Numbered from the stretch's first letter, positions 10,555-22,110 are shown. The stretch: DNA of 47,995 nt from Octopus bimaculoides (GCF_001194135.2 NC_068997.1:46754518-46802512), one strand, 5' to 3'. The notes: a model not told the origin generated them from the letters alone. Translations and numbers: made by a program.

Positions 10555-10558
<4 letters not shown>
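10213..10558 (+). mobile_element. SINE head A + (TA)n + tail C ((GAT)n-ended)
   Basis: Head A 10213-10376, then CTCTCTGAGTGGTTGGCGTTAGGAAGGGCATCCAGCTG...GCGGATGTTAAACGATGATGATG. Confidence 0.9.
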
Positions 10559-10596
<38 letters not shown>

Positions 10597-10762
10597 GTTA
10601 ATAATGAAATATTCCTCTATTGAGTTTTACAACAAACCTCCCTTGATTTCCAGCACTTCAACCCTTACTGGAATCACCTCAAAGGAACAGTAAATTTAGA
10701 ATGAGCAGTTGTAAAGGGACACTGTTTTTTGCTTATTTTTGTTTGTATTTGTTTTTCTGCTT

Positions 10763-10972
10763 CAGGTACAGGGTCTGAATTTTTAGGTGGAAGAGGCTAG
10801 TTGATTATATCATTCCCAGTGCTCAACAGGCAATGATTTTATCGACACTGAAAAGATAAAAGACAAAGCTGACCTCAGTGGAATTTGAACTCAGAATGTA
10901 AAGACAGATGGAAATGCCGCTAAGTATTTTCTCCAGCATGCTTAACAATTCTGCCAACTCACCACTGTTAAA
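10763..10972 (-). mobile_element. SINE family D
   Basis: GACCTCAGTGGAATTTGAACTCAGAATGTAAAGACAG...CAATTCTGCCAACTC; about 8 paralogues in the window. Confidence 0.85.
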
Positions 10973-11367
10973 CAATGGAATACTAAAGTTGGTAAGTATC
11001 ATTGGTATTTATTACCGACTTGCAGCTCACTGTGCAAGTCACTGCACCGTAGTCTGAAACTAAAGCTTTACCTCAGTCAAAACATAAACAAAAAAAAAAG
11101 GGAAAATAAACAAAAATAAACAAAACTTTAATCATAATAAAAACTAGACTGGTTACAAAAGGTGAGGTGTGATTTCAACTTTGTATGCTGAAAGTAAGTG
11201 CATAGTGATGTAGTAGTTTAGTTGTTTATGACCTCAGGTTCAAATCTTGAGAGAGAAGACCATAAACATTAGCTTCAGTACAGTGTGATTAGATGACAGT
11301 TTTGTCTCCATAGAAACAAGTAATATGGATATTAAAATGGTGTATATGTGCGTGCGTATGCATATAC

Positions 11368-11442
<75 letters not shown>

Positions 11443-11728
11443 CGTATGGTAATACGATGTTATAACAAAATTTGTATATTACACACACAGACAAACATCA
11501 TTTATATGTGTATGTAGGTTAGGTGATGCAGACAGAAAAACAGAACTCAAAATGAGTATGTATATATANNNNNNNNNNNNNNNNNNNNNNNNNNNNNNNN
11601 NNNNNNNNNNNNNNNNNNNNNNNNNNNNNNNNNNNNNNNNNNNNNNNNNNNNNNNNNNNNNNNNNNNNNNNNNNNNNNNNNNNNNNNNNNNNNNNNNNNN
11701 NNNNNNNNNNGTCACTCTGCTGCTGCAG

Positions 11729-11783
<55 letters not shown>

Positions 11784-12219
11784 TCCAATATATACATATA
11801 TATGAGTGCAGAAATATGATGCTATGACAATATGTAATTGGAGAGATTGTTTAAAAAATGAGAAATTAGTAGAAAAGCTCTGATTTTAATATAAAATAGA
11901 CATTAGAAATCTATATGAGATTTATAAATATTTATTCATTATTCATATTCATTAAATGAAATATTTTTATATTTCCTGTTCTAACTTGAAAATTAAGACA
12001 CCAAAATATGTTAAAGGGGGGAAGAGCAACATAAATCTTTTTATGATGGTAAATGTGCAACTATAGGTCAACCCCGTAGCATTTAGATTACTCTCTCAAA
12101 ACTATTGTTTGTTTATTCACATTGTTCTGAATTCCCCATCGTCTGGTTGGGCATGTTCAAGCATTTCTAAGCTACACACACCACCCACCTCGGTTCCACA
12201 TTAGATGAGGGAGGTCTTC

Positions 12220-12350
12220 AAGAATTTCCCCTTATAATGGTAGAAACAGGCAGGAGATCTCCATACAGCTGTTTCTTGGTGGGATGCATTCTCAAAGATA
12301 TGCTTAAGACTGCTCTTAACATTTGGGTTTTAGTTGATCTAGCTTTGAAA
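12220..12350 (-). pseudogene. Degenerate RTE-type LINE ORF2 C-terminal fragment
   Basis: SKLD/frameshift/TQMLRAVLSISLRMHPTKKQLYGDLLPVSTIIR resembles the RTE-type KLDGxYTRMLRAILNxSWxQHPTKQQLYGxLPPI motif. Confidence 0.6.
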
Positions 12351-12421
12351 TATTTTGATGATGTGTTTACTTTTATAATGACATTGTAGGGTACATTGTG
12401 ATGTCCTGTACCCATATATGC

Positions 12422-12455
<34 letters not shown>

Positions 12456-12464
12456 ACACACACA

Positions 12465-12747
12465 CAACAGGGTTCTTTCAGTTTCCATCTACCAAATCCA
12501 CTCATAAAGCTTTGGTCATCTTGAAGCTATAGTTCCATAAGGTACCACACAATGAGACTGAACCCCAAACCATGTGGTTGGGAAGCAAGCTTCCTACCAC
12601 ACAGCTACGCCTGTGCCCATATGTACACATATATACGTACATATATAATAAGATAAAACACCTGCCCTAAGTTCCACGCAGTGGGACTGAACCCGGAACC
12701 ATGTGGTTGGGAAGCAAGCTTCTTACCACACAGCCATCCCTGCACCT
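12465..12747 (-). mobile_element. Two SINE head A copies (12465-12617 and 12650-12747)
   Basis: Both carry GGGACTGAACCC...AACCATGTGGTTGGGAAGCAAGCTTC. Confidence 0.85.
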
Positions 12748-13189
12748 ATTTGTAAATGGAAGTAAAAAAACAGAAGCCTCAAAAGTTAAGAGTGAGAAAA
12801 TTTGCTCTTGCAAAAGCGAAAAAGAAGGTGGAGGTGGGGGTTGCAGATTATATTCTCTGCCCTAAGAGATCTCTAGGGAAGGGAACAGCAATAAACCCCT
12901 CATGAAATAGAAATGCAGATCTGACCTTATCCAAAATATAAGTCAATTGAAGGTCAGTAATGTTATAGAAAGGCTATTTATCAATATTTACATTGCTAAC
13001 AGAGAAGCAAACAAGGCCTGAAATATTGCAAGTGACCTACAGAGGAATTAGGTCAGTAAACTAGGTCACTCTGAGATAAGAGATTATCAGTTCATTAGTT
13101 TAGTGCCAAATTTGGCAGATTTACACAGAAAACAGACTTCTTCCACCTGGACTAATACTTCATGTAATACAATGTCTTTTATATTTTGT

Positions 13190-13386
13190 CTTTTGCTTGT
13201 TTCAGACATTAGACTGTGGCCATGTTGGAGCACTGCCTTGTAGAAATTTAGTCAAACGAATTGACCCCGGTAATTTTTCCTGTTTTTTTTATTCAGCCTG
13301 GTATCAGATTTTTTTTGCCAAACCGCTCAGGGGATGTAAACACAAACACCAGTTGTCCAGCGGTGGTGGGGAACAAACATAAGCAG

Positions 13387-13427
<41 letters not shown>

Positions 13428-13587
13428 GTGGGCTACTTTCAGTTTCTTTCAACCAAGTACACTCAAAGCTTTGGTCAGCCAGAGGCTATCATAGAAGACA
13501 CTTGCTCAAGGTACCTTGCAGAGAGATTGAACTCAGAACCTTGCGTGTGAGAAACAAACTGCTTACCACACAATCACACTTGTGCCC
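13190..13587 (-). mobile_element. SINE head A + (TG)n + tail B
   Basis: Reverse complement of the 3865 and 5269 copies with an internal (CA)n at ~13388-13423. Confidence 0.88.
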
Positions 13588-13821
13588 ATGGTCACATAAT
13601 ACATTATTCATAAATACTGGTGAGGCAAAGTAGAGTGTGGTGAAGAGGAGGGTGGAGAATGATGTACAGAGCTGGGTGGAGACTGATGTGATTGGTGTAA
13701 AATGATGTTTGGCAGGGGAGAGAGAATGTGGGACAGAAGACCTAGTTTGGGTGGAAATGTGAAGGCAAACATCAGAATTCAAAAATGTGAGGAGAGCAGA
13801 TACAAATACAGTTAGAGAGTA

Positions 13822-14153
13822 GGAGCATGGCTTAGTGGTATGGCTTAGTGGCTGTGATATTTGGCTCATGATTGTAAGGTCATGAGTTCAATTCCTGTAG
13901 GCATATTGTGACCTTGGGCAAGATTTTTTGTTTCTTATGGCTTCAGTCAATTCAGCTAGCAAAAAATGAGTCGTACCTGTAGTTCAAAGAACCAGACATG
14001 ACACATTTAGTGTGTCACACTGAATCTCCCTGAGAACTGCATTAAGGGTACCTGTGTCTGAGGAGTGCTCAACCACTTGCATGTTAATTTCATGAGCAGG
14101 CTGTTCCATTGATCGGATCAACTGGAAAACTTGTTATAACTGATGGAGAGCCA
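13822..14153 (+). mobile_element. tRNA-derived SINE, head G + tail X
   Basis: Duplicated A box (TGGCTTAGTGG twice), GAGTTCAATTCC B box, tail collinear with 720-875. Confidence 0.85.
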
Positions 14154-14249
14154 GGTTATATGATTAGGGCAATGTTTGTGGGAACAAGATTAAACACTAG
14201 ATACCATTGGGCATACGGGATATGTCATTGATGAGAAAGGTTGTAATCA

Positions 14250-14445
14250 TTACGAGACTGGATAAAGTGCTTAGTGGCATCTATTCTAGCTTTAGGTTCT
14301 GAGTTCAAATGTTGCAAAGGCTGACTTTGCCTCTCATCCTTTTGGGGTCAATAAAATAAGTACCAGTGGAGCGCTGGGTTTGGTGTAATCAACTTCCTGT
14401 TACCTTCAAAACTGCTGGCCCCATGCCAAAATTTGAAACCATTAA
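14250..14445 (+). mobile_element. SINE family D
   Basis: TTCTGAGTTCAAAT...GACTTTGCCTCTCATCCTTTTGGGGTCAATAAAATAAGTACCAG. Confidence 0.8.
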
Positions 14446-14547
14446 TAAGAAAGGCTCTATGTTGTAGTCACTTGATTAGCGAAAATTACCAGCCAAATCT
14501 ATTTTAGATAACGACTTAAGAGAAAAAGAAAAAAACAAAAGACAGTA

Positions 14548-15465
14548 GATAATGTAGTCTTGGATGCTATTAAAAAAATATACAGGATGGTCACATATAG
14601 GCGCAGGAGTGGCTATATAGGCGCAGGAGTGGCTATATAGGCGCAGGAGTGGCTGTGTGGTAAGTAGCTTGCTTACCGACCACATGGTTCCGGGTTCATT
14701 CCCACTGCGTGGCACCTTGAGCAAGTACCTTCTACTATAACCTCAGGCAGATCAAAGCCTTATGAGTGGATTTGGTAGACGGAAGCTGAAAGAAGCCCGT
14801 CGCATATATGTATATATATATATATGTGTGTTTGTGCCTGTGTTTGTCCCCCAACATCGCTTGACAACCGATGCTGGTGTGTTTACGTCCCCATAACTTA
14901 GCGATTCGGCACAAGAGACCGATAGAATAAGTACTAGGCTTCCAAAGAATAAGTCCTGGGGTCGATTTGCTTGACTAAAGGCGGTGCTCCAGCATGGCCA
15001 CAGTCAAATGACTGAAACAAGTAAAAGAGTAAGAGAGTAAAGAGGTGGAACGCATTTGTTTATAGCTCTGCTTGATCAGGATTAAATAATGATGACAACA
15101 ACAAAAGCAGGGGGGAAGAGGTATCTCCTCTTGATCCGCTAAAGCTAGCAGCTAAACCTCCTTCAAAATAACAACTCACTGTTTTAAGAGCGCAGGGTGG
15201 GAAGTGGGGGAGCACTTATAACATTTTAGATAATATAGTCCTGGAAACTGTCTATTACAAGAAAATATATACAGGATGGTCACGGCTGGAGTGCCTTCGA
15301 TCACAGCTCTGCTTCATCAGAATTAAATAACAACAATGACAGACAACAACAAAATCAAATGTAGTCTCGGATGCATTAAGTCCATAGAAAAAACACAAAA
15401 AAAAACCATACAGGATGGTCACAAATGGAATGCCTTTGACTATAACTCTGCTTGATCAGGATTGA
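14548..15465 (+). mobile_element. Three tandem family H tail modules
   Basis: TAGTC...TACAGGATGGTCAC...GGAATGCC...CTCTGCTTGATCAG at ~14548 (split by a SINE), ~15230 and ~15359. Confidence 0.7.
14595..15043 (+). mobile_element. Young SINE head A + tail B with a triplicated 20-bp 5' end
   Basis: ATATAGGCGCAGGAGTGGCT occurs three times exactly (14595-14654), followed by a near-consensus body. Confidence 0.95.
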
Positions 15466-15762
15466 ATTGAATGACACTGACAACCACAACAGTAGATAAT
15501 AAGAAAACGAACAGCAAAGCAGGTGGGGAAGCGGTACCTCATTTAGACTGTGATGTCTATCACAAGTGAAAATTAATCATATAACTAATTGTAAGATGCC
15601 ATGGGCAGAGTACTTAACTCTGATTTCTATAGAGACCAAAAACAATTCTAATTTTACAAGTGGCTAACCAAAATGTCTCATACGAAAGGTGTGTATGTAA
15701 TAAGCGAACGATGACGACAAAGCTAGGTTTGAGACAGGTAACTTCCATTTCCCCTCCACCAC

Positions 15763-15797
<35 letters not shown>

Positions 15798-16087
15798 ATT
15801 CACTTCCAACCAACAAAAGTCTGCTACCGTAGACCGACTGCATAGCAATGTGAACCGAGGTAATAATAGACAGAATTAGATATGCTGGCCTCCATTGTAT
15901 AAACACAATAAACCATTGACAACAATGAGAGTGTTTTGATCTGACAACCTAAGGTAATACAAAGCTGTAATGTTTTTAGACTTAAAACATAAACCTCTCG
16001 GCTATTTCGTCACCACTACGCAGCATGAAAATAGCAAATGATTTAATTAGTGGTAGCAGACTGCTGTGAGCGGCCGTAGCTTTCTTC

Positions 16088-16622
16088 ATGGAGATGATGA
16101 TGATGGTGGTGGTGGTGGTGATCGTAGGGTACTGATGATGGTTATGATGGTAATGATGATGATGATGATGGTAGTGGTTATTGTGCTGATGATGTTGATG
16201 GCAATGGTAATCACAATAGAGAAGATACAGCAGAACAGTGGAAGCTTGGAGCAACAAGTCATAAATTTTACTGTAATGTACATAATTGATCTCTCGGCAT
16301 TTCTCTCTCTCTCTCACTCACTCTATTTCCCTCTCTGTGGCTATCACCCTCTCTCTCCCGTTCTCCATCTCTTTCTCACTCTCATGCTTCACGCACATAT
16401 TCACACACACACACATACACACATACATACATTACATATGCAAACACACACACCAACATACATGCATGTACATGAAAATCAGACACCTACAAGCACAAAC
16501 ATTCATATACACATACAAACGTACATATACATACATACACACACACAAACACATGCCCACACATATATCTATACATGCACAAACACATACACACAAACAT
16601 ATATGCACATAGAGACATAGAT

Positions 16623-16653
<31 letters not shown>

Positions 16654-18070
16654 TACACACACACACATCTGTCCATATACACATCCATTAGATCCTGTAT
16701 GCGGAAAAACAGCCTTTTTGAAGTTGATCTTTTTCCATATTGCATTGTCGACCGATATACAGGAAGGACTTAATGGAAAATTAGGAAGATCACCGATTCT
16801 TTGTGTGTGTGTGTGTGTGTGTGAGTGTGTCCTTCTGTAAAAATAAAAAGGTAAAAAAAAAAAAACAAAGACAACGACAAACCAACAACATTATCCATCG
16901 CTAAGAATAATCTATTTGATGAAGATGGCTTTGTTGTCTCCAGAAACGGTACAATGGTAAGATATACTTAAAACTAAAATGGATGAGATTTTTCCGAGGG
17001 AAAGCTACAACAGAAACAAACAACATAAAGTAAAAATAAAATTTAAAAAACAAACAAACAAAAACAAAAAAAAGTAACAAAACAGAAATAAAACAAAAAA
17101 CTAAAACCACTAAAAATATTTAAATAAAAAGAAGAAATCAAACTGAAGCCAAAAGAGGGAGAATAGAAGGTGAAATCATTTATAGAATTTTATGGAAAGT
17201 AGTGGATACCAAAATAGTCCATAGGATTGTTACATTTTTGGAGTTTTATACTGCTTCAAACCATCCTCATCACCCACCCTCCTATCTTTCTTGCTTTGCC
17301 TCTTTCTCATTCTTCTTCTCATTCTTCACCTTTTCCTTTCTTTTCTTCTCCACCTTTTTCATCTTCTCCTTCTTCACCTCCGCCTCTTTCTCATTCTGTC
17401 TCCCCCCTCCTTATTTCTTTTGTCTCTTTTCCCTTCTTCTCCCCCCACCATTCTTGTTCTCCTCCTGTCCCCTACTCATTTGCCTCCCTTCTTTCAACTT
17501 CTCCCGTCATCTCCACTTCTTCCCCATCTCCCCCACCTCCGCTTCCTTCTGTTCACTCTCCTCCTCCTTCTCCTCCAATTCCTGTTCTCTGTCTTCTCCT
17601 TCCCCTTCATTTCTACCTCTCCCCTCTCCTCTCTTCTGATCCCTTATTTCTAACACTTCTCCAGCTTCTACCCCTTCTTTCCTCCTCCTTCATCTCACCT
17701 TCTCTTCCCCAACCTCGTCACCCCTGTCATACTTATTAACCACTTCCTTACCTCCACCCTACTCTCTCCCTCCCTCTCTTATTTTCCCATTCCGCCATCC
17801 ACCACCACTCCCACCTCCATCCCCGGCTCTCTAATGTAGGTACTCAATCTGTTAATCCTGCATTTGTTCTCAACATTTTATATATGACTCCATGGAGCTT
17901 AACTCCCTCCCTCCCTCCTGCTCGCCACCACACAGACAGACATACAGACAGGCAGACAGACAGACATACAGACAGGCAGACAGACAGACAGACTTGCTGT
18001 GGGGGTTTTCTTTTTTTTGCTACAACTAAGGTTAAGATGGAGACAGACAGACAGACACACAGACACACAC
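16088..18070. repeat. Cluster of simple repeats: (GAT/GGT)n, (CT)n, (AC)n, A-rich, CT-rich 17230-17830, (GACA)n
   Basis: Direct reading; the overlapping ORFs are compositional artefacts. Confidence 0.9.
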
Positions 18071-18202
18071 ACATTTTGCTTCATTTATTTACAATGACAC
18101 AATTTTCAGTAACAACATCAAAAGAACACAGTCTCTGCTGCAATGCATCTCACATACCTCCATGCATATGAGTGTGCGTGAGTGTGAATGTATGCACATA
18201 TA

Positions 18203-18362
18203 GGCACAAGCATGGCTGTGTGGTAAGAAGCTGGCTTCCCAACCACATGGTTCCGGGTTCAGTCCTACTGTGTGGAACCTTGGGCAAATGTCTTCCACTA
18301 TAACCTCAGGACAACCAAAGCCTTGTGAGTACATTTGGTAGATGGAAACTGAAAGAAGCCAG
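18203..18362 (+). mobile_element. SINE head A running into (TA)n and a gap
   Basis: CATGGCTGTGTGGTAAGAAGC...GGTTCCGGGTTCAGTCC...GAAACTGAAAGAAGCC. Confidence 0.9.
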
Positions 18363-18593
18363 TTTTATATATNNNNNNNNNNNNNNNNNNNNNNNNNNNN
18401 NNNNNNNNNNNNNNNNNNNNNNNNNNNNNNNNNNNNNNNNNNNNNNNNNNNNNNNNNNNNNNNNNNNNNNNNNNNNNNNNNNNNNNNNNNNNNNNNNNNN
18501 NNNNNNNNNNNNNNNNNNNNNNNNNNNNNNNNNNNNNNNNNNNNNNNNNNNNNNNNNNNNNNNNNNNNNNNNNNNNNNNNNNNNNNNNNNNNN

Positions 18594-18627
<34 letters not shown>

Positions 18628-18630
18628 CAC

Positions 18631-18669
<39 letters not shown>

Positions 18670-19225
18670 TACATACATACGCACGTACATACGTACGTAC
18701 ACAGACAGGTATATTTCATATCATCTGGATAAGAACATTATAACATGCATTTCAAAGCTCCTCTAGGGTTATTGGCTACCATATGCTATCATACAGCAGG
18801 AATACTCCTTTTACTGAATATACTTGTGGAAATCCTTTTGTGAGTGTGTGTGTGTGTGTGTGTGCATGCACACACACACACAACCACACACTTGTGACCA
18901 TCCTGTATACACACACACACACACACACATTGTATAGCAATGTGTTGTGATCTGTGAGATACAAAGTATCCTTTTTTTTTTTTAAGGTGATGTAGTAAAA
19001 GAAAAATTTGGCTGCTATTTCTAACAGACTGAATGACCACATCGAGGCTTCTCAATAAATAGTTGATGCTGTTGTTGTTGTTCTGTCGCAACCTTTCAAA
19101 TCAATCATCAGTGCTTAAGTGACCGTATGATACAAATATAATTAGGCAAAAGAAGACAACCACAAATCTGGCACACTGTCAATATATATTGTTATGGTTT
19201 CATCAAGATGTATTGCAGTACGAAT

Positions 19226-19473
19226 GAACTCCCCAGGCTCTCAGAAATTGTCGAGACCCATTGGTTTAGAACAGAAGAAGGTTGTGCAGAGCTGTTGATC
19301 ATCACAGGCCTCCTAAGCTACGGAGATAGATTGGTTTAGTTAGATGAGCAGCACCATGACCTCCCCAGGCTCTCAAAAACTGGTGCGTCTTATTGGTACA
19401 TAACAGAACACAGCACAGAGCTCTCAATCTTCACAGGCTCTTAAAAGCCTTGGAGATTGATCGGTTTAGTTAG
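19226..19473. repeat. Diverged tandem duplication, ~132-bp period, A-B-A-B substructure
   Basis: CTCCCCAGGCTCTCA at ~19229 and ~19361; TCACAGGC...GGAGAT...GGTTTAGTTAG at ~19302-19343 and ~19431-19473. Confidence 0.75.
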
Positions 19474-19643
19474 GCTGGTTATAACAGTTGGCCTAATAAA
19501 GGGGTAGGCAGTGCATTTGTGACCTTCATGGGTCCTCCCACCACTCGTGAGAATGGTACAATTTATGTTTAGCTTGAACACCTGTGAGTCTACGGCTACA
19601 TGAAAAGCAGAAGGTGGGCAGGGAAACCACAGATTATTTAGAT

Positions 19644-19911
19644 CAGTGGTTCTCAACCATTTTTAGCCTATAGACCCCTTTGATTTCTATTTTACTCATG
19701 TGGCCCCTCATAGACATTTGATGCTTAAAAAATCCTATTATATTTTTATGATTAAATATTATTAGGAATGGTATACATGAAAAAAATTGTTAAAATATTT
19801 GTTGTATTACAGAAGTATAAGCAATTCCTTGCACCTAAATTTTAACAACAAAACCTTAAATGGACCCCACAAGGGCCGTATAAGATTTTGGACTCCAGCT
19901 GAGAACCACTG
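19644..19911. mobile_element. hAT (Charlie-like) MITE, 268 bp
   Basis: TIRs CAGTGGTTCTCAAC and GCTGAGAACCACTG; perfect 8-bp TSD ATTTAGAT at 19636-19643 and 19912-19919. Confidence 0.95.
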
Positions 19912-20096
19912 ATTTAGATGCTGGTAGGAGGGATTGAACAAAGGGGGTTAGTGTGAGTCCAGGATGAGGGGAGATGTGATTACAAGTCTTTTACATCTCG
20001 AGCCTATGGTCTTTGACAGAAAGGTTTAAGAGAGAATAAAAGGAGAAAGAACGAAAAAAAAAAAAGGGAGAGAGATTATAAGTCAATTATTGCAAA

Positions 20097-20300
20097 TCAT
20101 CATCATAATTTAACATCCACTTTTTCATGTTTGCATGGGTCAGATGGAATTTGTCAAGGCAGATTTTTCTATGGCCAGATGCCCTTCCTATCACCAACCC
20201 ACATTTGTTTCTGAGCAAGGTAATATTTCCCTGTACCAAGACATGTTTTTCACAGGAGACTAGATATTAACATCGCTTCTGTGATGTTTATGATGGTGTA
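20097..20300 (-). mobile_element. SINE-like element, family E
   Basis: CATCATCATAATTTAACATCCACTTTTTCATG...GGATGCCCTTCC...GGTAATATTTCC. Confidence 0.8.
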
Positions 20301-20430
20301 TATATTACATATATAACAGAAATTATAAATAAGAATAGAGAATTATACATTCTCAATAACTTGTTTATTACAGTATCATATACAACACATTGACTTAAAT
20401 CTCAGTCCAAACACACACATATATATATAT

Positions 20431-20747
20431 TCTTTTATTTCTTTCAGTCATTTGACTGCGGCCATGCTGGAGCACCATTTTTAGTCAAGCAAATTGATCC
20501 CAGGACTTATTGTATCAGTCTCTTTTGCTGAACCGCTAAGTTACAGGGACGTAAACACACCAGCATCGGTTGTCAAGCGATGTTAGGGGGACAAACACAG
20601 ACACAAACATTTATATATCTACCAAATCCACTCACAAGGCTTTGGTCAGCTTGAGGCTATAGTAGAAGACACTTGCCCAAGGTGCCATGCAGTGGGACTG
20701 AATCCGGAACCATGTGGTTGGTAAGCAAGCTACTTACCACACAGCCA
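20431..20747 (-). mobile_element. SINE head A + tail B, internal microsatellite collapsed
   Basis: TTTCAGTCATTTGACTGCGGCCATGCTGGAGCACC...GCTACTTACCACACAGCC. Confidence 0.92.
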
Positions 20748-20783
20748 TATATAGAGTGTTAGGTGTGGTGTACAGATGTTGAA

Positions 20784-21287
20784 TACTGAGAAAAAATATC
20801 ACCAGAATTTTGGAAAAAAATCTTTTTATTTCTTCATTATTATTAGCGCTTTCGTTTGTTTCTTGAACTTGTCAAATAGAATTTTGTGAAAGTACAAACA
20901 ACTTGTTCATTTATATAAAACAGATGTTTTTTTTTAGGGTTTTGTTTAGAACAGAACATTGTTTTTGTTTCTTTGGGTGAGGTTCCATGACAATGGAGAC
21001 ACCTCTCTCTTCCTACCTATCTATCTATCTATCTGACTATCTATCAACCTATCTTTCTATCTATCTATCTCCATTGTCATGGAAACCTCATCCCCCAAAA
21101 AACCCCAAAAGACAATCTTATCCTCTTCTAAACAAAACCCTAAAGAAACATCTGTTTTATATAAATGAACAAGTTGTTTGTACATTCACAAAATTCTATT
21201 TGACAAGTTCGAGAAATGAACAAAAGCGCTAATAATGAAGAAATAAAAAGATTTTTTTCCAAAATTCTGGTGACCTTTTTCTCAATA
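20784..21287. mobile_element. TA-flanked foldback element / MITE with ~215-bp inverted arms and a (CTAT)n centre
   Basis: 20784-20998 is the reverse complement of 21069-21287 at roughly 90% identity by eye; termini TA|CTGAG and CTCAA|TA. Confidence 0.85.
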
Positions 21288-21473
21288 CACACACACACAC
21301 ACATATTTCTTGGTTTTTATGTTATAATAGAAAGAATTTTACATTAAACTGAAGGATCACTCAACACAGCTGGTAGAGTACAAACTGACTATTTTTTAAC
21401 AAGAACAATGTTGACATTAATTTCAAAGTTTTGACTAGCTAAGCCACCAAATACATCTATATATACATATAAG

Positions 21474-22110
21474 AAGCTTCTTTCAGTTTCCATCAACCAA
21501 AAAAAAAAAAACACTCATAAGGCTTTGATTGGCCTGGAGCTATTAGTAGAAGATACCAGTGGTGTATGGTGGTTATTGTCATTGGGTTTGCTGCCACACT
21601 GACCATACTATGAGTAACATTAGTATTACTCAAATTAGGCATAGAAACTGTGTATTTCTATTCAAAATGTGAGTAAAGTAAACTTAATTCAATTGGGATA
21701 CAGATATAAGGCACTAAAGTAAATTGAATTAATAATACCCTATAAATTGTAAGCATTCTAAAATAAACCATAATTTTCTTATGCGTACACACCAAAGAAT
21801 AAGAAACCGTATAATTTTACTTACTTAAAATTACTTATCTATAAGTTCTATTATTCATCTTTGAGATGTAAAATGTTCAATAACCTCGTCGTACATTATT
21901 AGTTTTGAAAACAAATTAAGATCAATGTTATATGATGATATTATAAGGAAAAAAATTATTGTAAAAAAAAAAAAAAAGTTTTAGTTTAGGAATTTTAAAT
22001 TAATTTAAACGTACAACTTCTCACCCCAAAAACGATTATTCAACAGTGTATTTGTAAGGTGCCACTCAATGTGATTGAACCCAAGAAAGCTTCGTAACCA
22101 TACAACCACA
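21474..22110 (-). mobile_element. SINE head A split by a ~495-bp AT-rich insert (21557-22051)
   Basis: The 3' part ends AGTAGAAGATAC at 21556; the 5' part resumes TTGTAAGGTGCCAC...GAACCC at ~22052. Confidence 0.65.

Noticed and set aside
15633-15737. 105-nt AG...GT bounded open frame RPKTILILQVANQNVSYERCVCNKRTMTTKLGLRQ
   Set aside because: No recognisable homology, and its phase 0 end is incompatible with the 22230 candidate; expected by chance in 48 kb.
16693-16764. Possible pre-miRNA hairpin (TCCTGTAT/ATACAGGA, GGAAAAA/TTTTTCC)
   Set aside because: It has a large asymmetric bulge and matches no conserved miRNA I can recall.
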